Below, one piece after another: positions 25,230 through 37,957 of a DNA stretch of 64,000 nt. The stretch's first letter is position 1. Each line of letters opens with the position of its first letter. The DNA lies in assembly GCF_006345805.1 (NCBI RefSeq), contig NC_043011.1, forward strand, positions 47,938,464-48,002,463, written 5' to 3'. Under the pieces are notes generated by a model, which saw only the letters and a program-made list of their open reading frames with translations, searched no databases and had not been told where the DNA came from. The translations under genes were made by a program, and so were the position numbers. Source of the stretch: Octopus sinensis. Lineage: Eukaryota.

Positions 25230-25375
25230 AGGAGAATAAGGAGTTACTGCCAGTGGCATCTTCACTAGAACAGCAAACATCAAATCTGAAGTAGTAGCCC
25301 AAGGAATTGCCAAGATCTTCTTCTCTTCATGCTTTACATAAATGGACTGTCTGAAATCATTAGCACCAACTGCAG
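25230..25375 (+). mobile_element. Decayed CR1/L2-type reverse transcriptase fragment
   Basis: SEVVAQG followed by a frameshifted LLLFMLYINGLSEII resembles the SGVPQGS.LGP.LF..YINDL motif. Confidence 0.5.
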
Positions 25376-25969
25376 TTTAATCACTGGGATTTGAGAATCT
25401 TATAGGGATTCCATATTTAATAATGACAATAAAAGACGAAATATCAGAAGATAATTCCTTGTAAGTATTACATTTGGAATCTGTAAGTAATTGTATTGCC
25501 ATGGTAACAGCAGGCCATTATGTAAGTATGGAATAATGATAGCATGTAAGATGGGAAATGGCTGAGGTTTCCATGGATTGTTGCCATTAACACGTTTGAC
25601 CAAATCTGGAAATATATATGTCATCTCATCTCACTAAATTATATTTCTTTTACCTAAAGCTAAAGATATTTCATAAACATTTTAGTTATTATTACTCAAG
25701 CATATTTATTTCTTGTTTTTATTCATTATTTTTATTCTTACTAGTACACGGCTCATTGTTTTATGAGCAGAATGAATAATATTCTGATTCGGTGAAATAA
25801 AATTATATATTCTTCAAAATCCAAGAGAGAAGAAAACTTACACAGAATAGAAATAAAATGCATTACAATTTCTTTTATCTGTGTATGCGTATATATATAT
25901 GTATATATATATATGTATATACATATGTATATATATATATGTATATATATATATGTATATATATATATG

Positions 25970-26001
<32 letters not shown>

Positions 26002-26031
26002 TATACATATATACATATATAATATATATGT

Positions 26032-26335
26032 GGAGGCGCAATGGCCCAGTGGTTATGCAGAAGACTCGCGGTTGGAAGATCGCGGCTTCGATTCCCAGAC
26101 CAGGTGTTGTGTGTGTTTATTGAGTGAAAACACCTAAAGCTCCATGAGGCTCCGGCAGGGGGTGGTAGCATTCCCTGTTGTAGTCTTTCACCCCAACTTT
26201 CTTGCACTCTTTCTTCCTGTTTCTTGAGTAATGCTGTGATGGACTGGCATCCCATCCAGCTGGGGGGGGGGGGGGCACATACACCATGGAAACCAGGCCC
26301 ATGATCCTGGCTAGGCTTGAAAAAGGGCACATAAA
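26032..26335 (+). mobile_element. tRNA-derived SINE, E head + X tail
   Basis: Colinear with the reverse complement of 24599-24904. Confidence 0.9.
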
Positions 26336-26880
26336 GAAATATATATATATATAAACATATATATATAATTAAGATTCACTTGAATTAGGTTCTTAAGTTG
26401 AGGCGCCAAGTCAGTCCAGTATTTTCTGCACACCTTGAAGAAAGGTGAATAGATTCAAAATAAGTAACAGAATGACAAGTATTAGTGTAATACGAGCATT
26501 TGAAGCGGCTCCATTTAATTGAACAATGCTAGCATTACATAAATTTAAATACAGTGCCAACTTCATTTCCAAGAAATATCGAAATATAAATGTGATGTAA
26601 TGCTTACATTGTTCAATTAAATGGTGCCACCAGAAATGGCTGTATTGCACTAATTCTTGCCATCATGTTACTTATTTTGATTATATATATATAATCAAGA
26701 CTAATATATATATATATATATATTATCAAGACTATAGAAAAGGTTGCAAGAGGCAACAAAAATTTTAGGAAAATAAAAATAAGGAATAAGTGGAAATTTT
26801 ACAGGTGAGTGTGTAAAATTATAAGGCACAAAAAGAAAAATGACTCTCCCCAGACACAACAGAATATGCTTCAACACACA

Positions 26881-26990
26881 AACTCATATAAAGAATCTTG
26901 CAAACCAAATCCCAAAACGAAATATATATATATATATATATATTGTATGTATATATATTGTATATATATATATATACAATATATATACAT

Positions 26991-27021
<31 letters not shown>

Positions 27022-27061
27022 TTCGTTTTGGGATTTGGTTTGCAAGATTCTTATATGAGTT
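26881..27061. repeat. About 180-bp palindrome centred in a microsatellite
   Basis: AACTCATATAAAGAATCTTGCAAACCAAATCCCAAAACGAAA is mirrored at 27021-27061 with one indel. The internal TTGTATG/CATACAA microsatellite is also mirrored. Confidence 0.9.
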
Positions 27062-27086
27062 ATATATATATTGTATATATATATAT

Positions 27087-27126
<40 letters not shown>

Positions 27127-27206
27127 ATGTATATATATATTGTATGTATATATATATTGTATATATATATATATTGTATGTATATGTATATTGTATGTAT
27201 ATATAT

Positions 27207-27252
<46 letters not shown>

Positions 27253-27267
27253 ATGTATATATATATA

Positions 27268-27319
<52 letters not shown>

Positions 27320-27524
27320 TACATATATACATATAACATTATATATATACTTTCAAGCCTAGTTATTGTACAAAGGAAGTAGCCCCCCACTCCCTTTGAT
27401 ACATGTATATATGTGCGTGTGAATTATATCAATGATCCCCTGTGCCACCAGAATACTAGTGCCACAGCATCGACCAATGTCTTAAGATAGCATGGTTATA
27501 ACACACGAGTGTTAATACCAATAG

Positions 27525-27890
27525 AGGTGCAGGCATAGCTGCATGGTTAAGAAGTTTGCTTTCCAACCATCTGGTCCTGGGTTCAGTCCCACTATGTGGC
27601 ACTTTAGGCAAATGTTGTCTACTATACCACTAGGAATACCAAAGCCTTGTGAGTGAATTCAGTTGATGGAGACTAAAAGAAGCCCATTCTAAGTACATGG
27701 ATATGGATCTTTGTGGGTACCTTTGATAACTGATGTTGGTTTGTTTATGTCTTTGCAACTTAGCAGTTTGACAAAAGAGACTTTTCGAATAAGTACCAAA
27801 CTCAAAAAAATAACTGCTTGACTAAACCCTTTAAGATGATACCTCCAGCATGGCCACAGTCCATAAACAGAAACAAGTAAAAATATGAAA
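27525..27890 (+). mobile_element. Old SINE family A/B copy
   Basis: GGTTCAGTCCCACT B box, AAAGCCTTGTGAGTG and CTCCAGCATGGCCACAGTC. Confidence 0.7.
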
Positions 27891-27933
27891 TAAACCCCTT
27901 TCCCTAAAAAAATTACTACCCTTATACTTAACC

Positions 27934-28172
27934 TCATTATCATCATCATCATCATCATTTAACATTTGTTTTCCATGCCGGCATGGGTCAGGCAGCAAGG
28001 CTTGAAGCCATGCCAGATCCTATTGGCTGTTTTGGCATGGTTTCTACTGCTGGATGCTCTTCCTAACAGCGTCCACACCACAGAGTGTACTGGGTGCTTC
28101 TTACATGGCACCATCATCAGTGCTTTTTATGTGGCACCAGCTTCCATACTAATGCTTTTTACATGGCACTTT
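27934..28172 (-). mobile_element. Repeat family D (diverged)
   Basis: (CAT)n tail and CTGCTGGATGCTCTTCCTAAC. Confidence 0.75.
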
Positions 28173-28179
28173 GGTTTTC

Positions 28180-28402
28180 TGGCAGAAACGTTAGCATGAC
28201 AGGCAAAACACTTAGCGGTATTTCGTCTGCTGCTCCGTTCTGAGTTCAAATTCTGCCAAGGTCGACTTTGCCTTTCATACTTTCGGGGTTGATTAAATAA
28301 GTACCAGTTACGCACTGGGGTCGATGTAATCAACTTAATCTGTTTGTCTGTCCTTGTTTGTCGCCTTTGTGTTTAGCCCCTTGTGGGTCGTAAAGAAATA
28401 GG
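28180..28402 (+). mobile_element. SINE family C
   Basis: CTGGCAGAAACGTTAGC head, core, and CCCCTTGTGGG..AAAGAAATAGG tail. Confidence 0.85.
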
Positions 28403-29019
28403 TTTTAGGATCTCTATTCTATTGTGGTGGGCAGTTCTTATTGAGCTTATGTCAGAAATAATTATCACTATTAGTCTATTAGTGATGGAGTAGAAATTGG
28501 TAAGCATCAGTCTAAAATCCCCAACATAGTATCACATTCTGATTTCATACCCCACAGACGTTACCTTTACCTTTCATCCTTTCATGGTTGATAACATAAA
28601 GTATCGATCAAGCACTGGTGACAATTTAATCAACCAACCTCTCTTGCCAAATTTGCTGTTTAGTACCTTGTTAGAAATTACATAATTATTATGTTTAGTA
28701 TATGAAAGGACAGTACGCTGGAGATCCCTTAAGTACTATTGTGAAATGATGCATTTACTTTCTCAGTTCATATACCATTGAGGTCAACCTTGCTTTTCTT
28801 TGTACTGCAATCAATAAATTAAGTAACAGTCAAACACGGCAGTTATTCAAGTCTATAATGGTTCTCTGGCACGAAATTTGGTTGCATAGTTTGCTAGAGA
28901 TAGTGACCGAATCTGCCTCAAAATGACATTATACAGTTTTCATGTAAAGAGTTGGTATAGAAAAAGGAGTGAGGTGGTTACTGCTGGAGAGAAAACTGTT
29001 CATCCATATGAAGGGACTT

Positions 29020-29108
29020 GACTACTACTACTACCATTACTACTACTGCTGCTGTTGCTAATACTGCTGCCACCACCACCACCACTACTAGAGTACTACT
29101 ACTACTAG

Positions 29109-29144
<36 letters not shown>

Positions 29145-29290
29145 GATGCTGTTACTGCTGTTACTACTACTATTACTACTGCTGCTGCTACTGTTGTTGC
29201 TGTTGTTGCTGCTGCTGCTACTACTACTACTACTACTGCTGCTGCTACTATCACTACTACTACTCTGGCTGCTGCTGTTTCTACTGCTAC
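29020..29290. repeat. (ACT)/(GCT) trinucleotide mosaic
   Basis: Direct inspection. Confidence 0.9.
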
Positions 29291-29393
29291 CTTTACTAAA
29301 AAATGGACATTATATTTATCCTTAAAAGTTGATTATGTTATTGCATAGTATATAGTTTGAAATACCCAGTAAAACCTAGGAAGCATTAATTTT

Positions 29394-29512
<119 letters not shown>

Positions 29513-29524
29513 GCAGGTAGATAG

Positions 29525-29555
<31 letters not shown>

Positions 29556-31250
29556 GATAGATAGATAGATAGTATATACAATAGAGGTTATCTAGTATAT
29601 AGTGTTATAAGTTCATGTTTGGTTTTAGGCCCTCCCTGATCTAATCAATCCATGTTGAATAATATTTGAACTGTGGCTCCCTCTCTATTTCTCAGAAATA
29701 GCACATTAAGAACTAAATTATCAATGAATCCTTCCTCAGTTTAATATAGTAAAGTGTGGTTTGAAGATGATTTAGCTGCTTTTCTTTGCTGGTCAAGTGA
29801 CCATATAGAAACTTCTTATTAATGTGCTTTTGTGACCACACTATGTACTGAAACAGAGGGAAAAAGTGGTTGTAAAAATCAGCTGAAATATCATTTAATG
29901 AAAAAAAGAAAAAGTTTTAAATACAGTTTGTGTTTGTCTAGGATGACTTCAGATTTAAGTGAAACTAAAATTAAACCAAGAATCAATAGCCATTTGGAAT
30001 TTTTTAAAGAATTTGAGTGTTAATCATCTAAAATTTAAATTAAATTTCTTTTCTAAATGACCAATAAAGTGAAGGAAGTGAAAATTTAGAACTTCAAATA
30101 TCACAGAGGGGAAAAAAAAAGCAGCAATATCAGGATGGACTTTTCTCCAGGATTTCTCACGTAAATCTAATAATCTGCTTTAATTTACATGACACATCCA
30201 ATGGGTTGAAGGAATGGAGAAGACAGCGGAGAATTAGATGCATCCTTAATTGACTACAAGTGTGAACCCAGGTGGTATTTAAGTATGATAATGGACAACA
30301 AGATTTAGGTGTAGAAGCAATCAAAAACTGTGATAGACGATACCTAGTGTCAACATAAACTGCACAGTTCTGGTAATATAGTGTATCAGATGTTCTTAAG
30401 TGGGATTAAACGAAAGGATTGTATGACAAGATAAACTGGTTGGACAAGGATCTCTGTATGTGAGAGATGAATGTAATCCCTCTTATGGAAATATAATCTT
30501 AATAAGTTAATTAATAACTGAATAACAATGATGATCAGGTGTTCAGATTGAATCTTTAGATAAGTCATCTTTGTTATGGCATCGTACGTACTCAACTAAA
30601 ATATTCATCTGACGCCAATCATAGAAGAACTGTAGAAGGGATGGACAAGTGAATACCAGAATCAGTGTACAACTGAGTAATCAATGTCAAGGCAAGGATT
30701 GCAAAACAAAGTGAACAACGAGGCGGATCCGGATATTTGGAATCATGGACCAAATTCTAAATACCGGAATAATCTATCACTGACCACATTTAGTGTTGTA
30801 GGTTGACCTTTATGTTCTGATTACTCTGTTAAGCATAATGCTTATTTATTCAAACTGGTTTGAATTAATCATAGAGTATCTCGCTGCTTTGAGATTTCAA
30901 TGACGTGAGTATCAATTTTTAGGATGACATTGTAGAATCAGTATGAGAAGCTGAATCTGGTCAGTTTGAAAGTGGAACATGAAGAATATTTCGGCCTGGT
31001 ATGGCCGGTTTAAATACCAATGGTTTGATGTTGAGAAGCATCTAACTATATGACTGACTGGTTAAGAATTAAGGAAGTTGCTTTGTAACTTTATGATTTT
31101 TGGTTCAATACCACTGAGGAATATTTCACTTCATATGAATAGAAATTTATTGAATCTGTTTCAATGTAATATATGCAATTGGTACACTCTATATGCTATT
31201 ATATAGCAGAAAATACTACCAGTAGAAGACCTTTTTTACATTTTTTTTTT

Positions 31251-31640
31251 ACTTTTTACTTGTTTCAGTCATGTGATTGTGGCCATGCTGGTGCACCGCC
31301 TTCAGTCGAGGAAATCGACCCCAGGACTTATTCTTTGTAAGCCCAGTACTTATCCTATCGGTCTCTTTTGCCGAACCGCTAAGTGACAGGGACGTAAACA
31401 CACCAGCATCTGTTGTCAAGCGATGTTGGGGGGACAAACGCAGACACACGAACATATGCACACATATACATATATATATATACGACAGGCTTCTTTCAGT
31501 TTCCGTCTACCAAATCCACTCACAAGGCTTTGGTCAGCCCGAGGCTATAGTAGAAGACACTTGCCCAAGGTGCCACGCAGTGGGACTGAACCCGGAACCA
31601 TGTGGTTGGTAAAGAAGCTACTTACCACACAGCCACTCCT
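31251..31640 (-). mobile_element. SINE family A/B, full length
   Basis: Complete A and B segments on the reverse strand. Confidence 0.9.
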
Positions 31641-32118
31641 ACGTCTATACATCCAGCTTTTAAAATCGGTTCAAAAGCAAAGAATTTATAAGCAAAATAA
31701 GCTGGACTGGTGGAAAATGTCTTTGAAATGGAGCCGCTGTTGAAAGCTTGACATGTAATAATGGGTAGAGAGGTCAGTGCTATTACAGGTGTAAATGGCA
31801 CACATATCCATTATTTATGGCACTCGAGAATTTTCCATTTTTATAGGGTGTTTTGCAAAATCTAAGGCAGCTATTCAATGAAAAATTAAGATATTTTCCT
31901 GGTTACATAAAAACTGAGCATAAGGATATATTTTTTAAAACTACTTCAGTATAGGCTACGACTACATTCAAAGCTGACCATAATATTAAGGAATGCACAG
32001 TTCTATGAATTGGTGAAAAGAGTAAATCTGCTTTGGTTTGATCATACAACACTTGAATTTTCACAAGTTTACATGCATACATAAGGCACGATTTTTCATA
32101 CATAGATTTAACAAGCAA

Positions 32119-32255
32119 AATGCACCCCTGTCCAATGGACGGTGCTGAGTTGTCAAACAGTTAAACCAAATTTTCTCAAAACAACTTGTCCGACCGTCCC
32201 ATAGGTCTCCTCTTTGAGAAACACTGATTTAACCTAAATTTGAGACACCAGCAAA
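32119..32255. repeat. About 135-bp interspersed repeat (also at 45330-45468)
   Basis: GACGGTGCTGAGTTGTCAAA...GAGAAACACTGATTTAACCTAAATTTGAGACACCAGCAAA occurs at both loci. Confidence 0.85.
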
Positions 32256-32676
32256 CGAAGAGACTATAATAGAAGACACTTGCCTAAGGTGCCACACAGT
32301 GGGACTGAACCTGGTGGAACCATGTGGTTAGCAAGGAAGCTTCTTATCTCACAGCCACACCTTGGGAAGTCATAGGGCATACACCACACTGGTGAGACTT
32401 GGGAAAATTGGGGTGAGGCGAGGGGTCAAAGTTCTTCTTTTCTTTTTTTAGTGGGATATGGAATTGTGAAAATTTTTTTCCCTCAGTCAATAATGTACTT
32501 TTTTTGTACTCAGTACTTAATAAAAGAATTATTATAGATTCTTTTGTATCAAATAATTATGATAAAATATTAAAAAATAAAGTTGCTTTTTTCTCAACTA
32601 CTGGTGGGGCATACATTTTTCTGAAATATTATTATGTGGCTTGGTGGTAGGATAGGTTGGGAAACATTGATACACA

Positions 32677-33020
32677 TACTGTATTTGATGGCCTATAAGA
32701 TGCATGAGCACATAGGACACACTCTAGCCTAACCTGGCTATACTTTTGTAAAATGAATTACCACTAAAATAATGTTATAATTCCTCCACTTACCTATATA
32801 ACTTAATACTATTACCAGTAATTATAAGCAATTTATTGCTTCCCCATTCGATATAAACATACGGTAGGCGTTTGTTCACCAATGGATGGCAGCACATGCT
32901 TTGTAAACATACATACCGTTTTGATCGAGTTTTGAGCCTACATTGAGTGCATTGGACACAGGGGGATTTTAAAAGCCATTTCGGAGTAAAATATGGTCTT
33001 ATAGGCCATCAAATATGGTA
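32677..33020. mobile_element. Tc1/mariner (pogo/Tigger-like) MITE
   Basis: TA at both ends. 22-bp TIRs: CTGTATTTGATGGCCTATAAGA versus reverse complement CCATATTTGATGGCCTATAAGA (20 of 22). Confidence 0.75.
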
Positions 33021-34062
33021 CTTGATAAGAGATGACCTGACTTAAACAACAACATAATTACCACCTTGATACTATCGTCAAAGCGTTAAACACCACCGTC
33101 ACCACAAACATCATATAACAACAATTACTATAACCTACAAAACAGCATGCACTACCCACAACCATTACTGGCAAGTCCTGCAACACAAGCCTCCTCCCCC
33201 TTCCTTCACTGCCACCACCACCACCTCCTCCTCTGGCATATATATACATATATGTACATATGTACATACACACACATACATATATATATAAATCCAGAAC
33301 ATCAAAGAATCTAGGAGGGACCTTTTGATACACACACAATATTTTGATACACACACAATATTTAATCAGAACCATTATCACTACACCTACACAGAACTGG
33401 GAAAACATAATAGGAAACGGTAAGTAAATCGTAATTAAATACACAGGAATTTTTGGTTTTATTTCATTTTTGTTATAAAATTATCCTTTTTTTTTAGACA
33501 GAATGGCTGAAGGAAGGAGTTGGAGGTTGAACACATTACTTCTTCCATTCATCCATTCCGTCCAGTTCTTCTTCCTATTTGTTCCCTGATATTTCCTTCT
33601 TCCGTTTGTTGTTTCTCATTTTTGGTTCACTTCTCTTCAGGCCTAGAGACATGACATCACTGTCAAATCATATTCAGAAATCAGAGATGGAGTTATTAAG
33701 CTGTAGCTTTTTCTCTGCAGGATTTGCCCAAGGACAGGATATATATATATATATGTGTGTGTGTGTATACTGAACAAGAGCAGGTGGAGAAGAGGGTACT
33801 TTAGCATGGACAGGAATTGTAGCCTCTCCATCATCTCTGCTCACCATGATGTTCCAGACTATTAGCTCTGAAATATACTCCGTCCAATCTTAAGGACATG
33901 CCACCACGGTTCATTGAACACATTACAAATAGGCAGCAGGACAAACAATGCAATTGATGTTATACGGAACTTAGATGATAAGTCAATATAACTTGTATTT
34001 ACTTACATTAACACTCTCACACACAAATATATACACAATCTACATACATACACATGTATGTA

Positions 34063-34093
<31 letters not shown>

Positions 34094-34205
34094 TTATATA
34101 ATATACAGATATATATATATATATTATATATATATTATATATATATATACACACATGTATAAGCATATTATGTATGTGTATGTCTATCTGTGTGTGTGTG
34201 TGTAA

Positions 34206-34236
<31 letters not shown>

Positions 34237-34462
34237 CTCACACGGCTTTTATCCTTTACGTCTTTCTGTCATTAGACTGTGGCCATGTTGTAGCATTTAC
34301 TTTAACAGTTTTAGAAGGGAAATATTTTTTTTAAAGCTTCTTTCAGTTTCCACCTACCAAATCTACTCACAAGGCTTCATAAAGGTAATACATAAGTGTA
34401 TATCTGAATATATTGAATATATATATATATGTATGTGTGTGGGGTGGTGAGGGTGTATAAAA

Positions 34463-34795
34463 GCGCTTAGCTCAGTAGTTAGAACATCGATCTTATGTGT
34501 CTCTCCTTACTAACCGTCAGCCATTACGGTTAGTAAGGAGAGACACACAAATAAGTAAGAAGAAAACAAAGGACCACTGATGCGGTCACAGGAGTGTGAC
34601 GAAAGAACTCTAGCCGAAATAAGATTAAGATTAATGTAAAAAATAAATAACAATGAAGCAAAATAACACCAAATATACAGTGCATGTGTTTTTATTGGCT
34701 AAACTGGCAAAATGACCATTCCTAAATACAACAATATGTTTCAACACACGACTGCACATAAAAAATCTTGCACAACAAATATTTAAATGTACATA
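34463..34795 (+). mobile_element. (TA)n-terminated element with a tRNA-like A box, a 22-bp hairpin and a degenerate hammerhead
   Basis: TAGCTCAGTAGTTAG at about 34468, perfect stem 34496-34517/34526-34547, and GGACCA-CTGATGC-G-GTCACA ggag TGTGAC-GAAAG-AA-CTC-TAGCC at 34571-34615. Confidence 0.55.
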
Positions 34796-34824
34796 TATAT
34801 ATATATCATATATATATATATATA

Positions 34825-34958
34825 TCATCATCATCATCATCGTTTAGCGTCCGTTTTCCATGCTAGCATGGGTTGGACGGTTTTACTGGGGTCTGTGAAG
34901 CCAGAAGGCTTCATCAGGCCCAGTCAAGTCTGGCAGTGTTTCTACGGCTGGATGCCCT
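34825..34958 (-). mobile_element. Repeat family D fragment
   Basis: (CAT)n-CGTTTAGCGTCCG...GGCTGGATGCCC. Confidence 0.85.
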
Positions 34959-35256
34959 ATAAATACATATGTATATATATATATATATATTTTTTCAATC
35001 TGATATTTACATACTATTATTTATAGCTTTATATGTTGTAACTTGCTATAGAAAGCTGTAGCCTTATATGAGATGTTTGAAGATCCTCAGTGAATGCATG
35101 TAGAACTCTAAACTGACTCAACCAAACTAAAATGTATTTATTTCTACGATGTCATCAAGCACTCTTGTTTCCTCTCCCTACTCCTCCCCCTTCCTCCACT
35201 GCTGCCACCGCCACTGCCACCACCACCACCACTACCATCGTCATCCTCCTCCTCTG

Positions 35257-35298
<42 letters not shown>

Positions 35299-35390
35299 TA
35301 TATATATATTATATATATTATATATATATATATATTATATATATTTAGATATATATATCTACATATGTATAGATATATATATATATATAC

Positions 35391-35478
<88 letters not shown>

Positions 35479-36132
35479 GTATATATATATATATATATAT
35501 ATCTACACATATGTACATACACACACATATATAAATCCAGAACATCAAAGAATCTAGGAGGGACCTTTTATCACATTTTGATACACACACTCACACACAT
35601 TAGCAGTGCTTCACACGCGCACAAGCATATATATATATATATATATCTGGGGTCAGTGGAAAATGAAAAGATATCTCATTGTATCATATGAAGTAAATAT
35701 TTGTACATTAGCAGTTAATAACTTCCTCAACCATTACTCTGAGTTTCACAAAAATGCTAACACATTCCTAATTAGTCCACACATGTCTGCCAGGCATGAA
35801 GCATTGGTCATATTCAGCTTGAAAAGCAATTATTTATTGATTTCTGTTAAGCTGATCACCATTGGATATTTTAAGATCATGTGATACAATTTGAGGTGTT
35901 AATTGGTGAAGGCGAGGCAGTAATAACGAGGATCAATTTTCATTAGTAGGAGAGCCAATTCTGACATTCTCCATGGAATTACTTTCTAAGTTTTTGATAG
36001 GAAATTAGACAAAGTGGAAAGGGAAAAATAAAGATGATTTCTGATTTCTTATTGATGACTTATGCTTGTGGAGACCTACTAGTCAAGTACATCAACATCA
36101 AAAAATCAAATGGAAATTGTAGTTGTGATATC

Positions 36133-36470
36133 TGTGCTGGTGGCACGTAAAATGCACCATCCGAATGTGGCCGATGCTAGCGCCACCTTGACTGGCGCCT
36201 GTGCCAGTGGCATGTAAAAAGCATCAACTGATCGTGGCCGATGCCAGCCTCCCCTGGCACCTGTGCCAGTGGCACGTAAAAAGCACTCACTACACTCACG
36301 AAGTGGTTGGCATTAGGAAGGGCATCCAGCTGTAGAAACACTGCCAGATCAGACTGGAGCCTGATGCAGCCTCCTGGCTTCTCAGACCCCGATCGAACCG
36401 TCCAACCCATGCTAGCATGGAAAACGGTCGTTAAACGATGATGATGATGATGATGGTGATGATGACATGA
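36133..36470 (+). mobile_element. Repeat family D
   Basis: Three GTGGCACGTAAAA sub-repeats, conserved body and (GAT)n tail. Confidence 0.85.
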
Positions 36471-37037
36471 TGGGCTACTTCAGGATGAGTAATTTTTGGA
36501 ACAAAAAGTATTTCTGCAAATGGCTAGATTTGCCAACCCTGTGTCAACTGAAACTGCTTTTTATGAGTTCCATAAAGCTGGATTCCATGTGTCTATATGT
36601 GTGTGTGCATGTGTGCGGGCGTGCGGGCGTGCATACATGTGTGCATGAGTGTGTGTGCGTATGTGCATGTGTATCTGTGTGCATGTGTATGTGTGTGAGC
36701 CTATTCCTATGTGCATATATATGCAGATAGGTAAACAAACAAAAGAGAGTAGCATTCAAGACATGGCTGGAGCTGTTAGTATTTAAGAACAAACTGACTG
36801 AGCCCCACTCAATGTTCTGTACACACATCTATGCAACAATATCATCATATGACATGCACAACACTTGAATAAATCTTTCTCCTCTTTCACTCTTTTTTTC
36901 ACCCTATATGTTTCACTCTCCCTATATATATATATATATATACACACATATATATAGACATATATGTATATAGATTAGAGAAGAACCACCATGTAGCAAT
37001 TCAACAATGAAATTACAATGATATAATTAAATCATAT

Positions 37038-37465
37038 CTCTTACTCTCTTTTACTCTTTTACTTGTTTCAGTCATTTGACTGCGGCCATGCTGGAGCACC
37101 GCCTTTAGTCGAGCAAATCGACCCCGGGACTTATTCTTTTGTAAGCCCAGTACTTATTCTATCGGTCTCTTTTGCCGAACCGCTAAGTGACGGGGACGTA
37201 AACACACCAGCATCGGTTGCCAAGCAATGCTAGGGGGACAAACACAGACACACAAACACATACACACACACATCATATATATATATATATATACATATAT
37301 ACGACAGGCTTCTTTCAGTTTCCGTCTACCAAATCCACTCACAAGGCATTGGTCGGCCCGGGGCTATAGCAGAAGACACTTGCCCAAGATGCCACGCAGT
37401 GGGACTGAACCCGGAACCATGTGGTTGGTTAGCAAGCTACTTACCACACAGCCACTCCTGCGCCT
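37038..37465 (-). mobile_element. SINE family A/B, full length, young subfamily
   Basis: Complete copy that shares diagnostic variants with 44680-45103. Confidence 0.9.
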
Positions 37466-37551
37466 ATCGTATAGAAAAAAATTAAATATACGATAAAACA
37501 TATACCAATAATTAAGTAAAGTACAAAATAATAAATAAATAGTATATAATT

Positions 37552-37591
<40 letters not shown>

Positions 37592-37594
<3 letters not shown>

Positions 37595-37957
37595 ACATCA
37601 TCATCATGGTTTAACGTCCACTTTCCCTGCTAGCATGGGTTGGACGATTTGACTGAGGACTGGCGAACCAGATGGCTGCATCAGGCTCCAATCTGATTTG
37701 GCAGAGTTTCTACAGCTGGATGCCCTTCCTAATGCCAACCACTCTGAGAGTGTAGTGGATGCTTTTATGTGCCACCGGTATGAGGGCCAGTCAGGCGGTA
37801 CTAGCAACGGCCATGCTCAAATGGTGTTTTTTAAGTGTTATCTGCACAGGAGCCAGTCCAGCGGCACTGGCAACAACCTCGCTCGAATTTTTCTTTTCAC
37901 ATGTCAGTATGGCAACACTGATAACGATCCCGCTGGAATGGTGCTTTTTACGTGCCA
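37592..37957 (-). mobile_element. Repeat family D
   Basis: (CAT)n tail, conserved body and four sub-repeats. Confidence 0.85.

Noticed and set aside
30250-30460. Possible RTE reverse-transcriptase remnant
   Set aside because: Only a KGLYD-like word is recognisable, which is too decayed to support a call.
35708-35989. 93-codon minus-strand frame with three internal stops
   Set aside because: There is no recognisable motif or splice signal, and stop depletion is only modest for AT-rich DNA.
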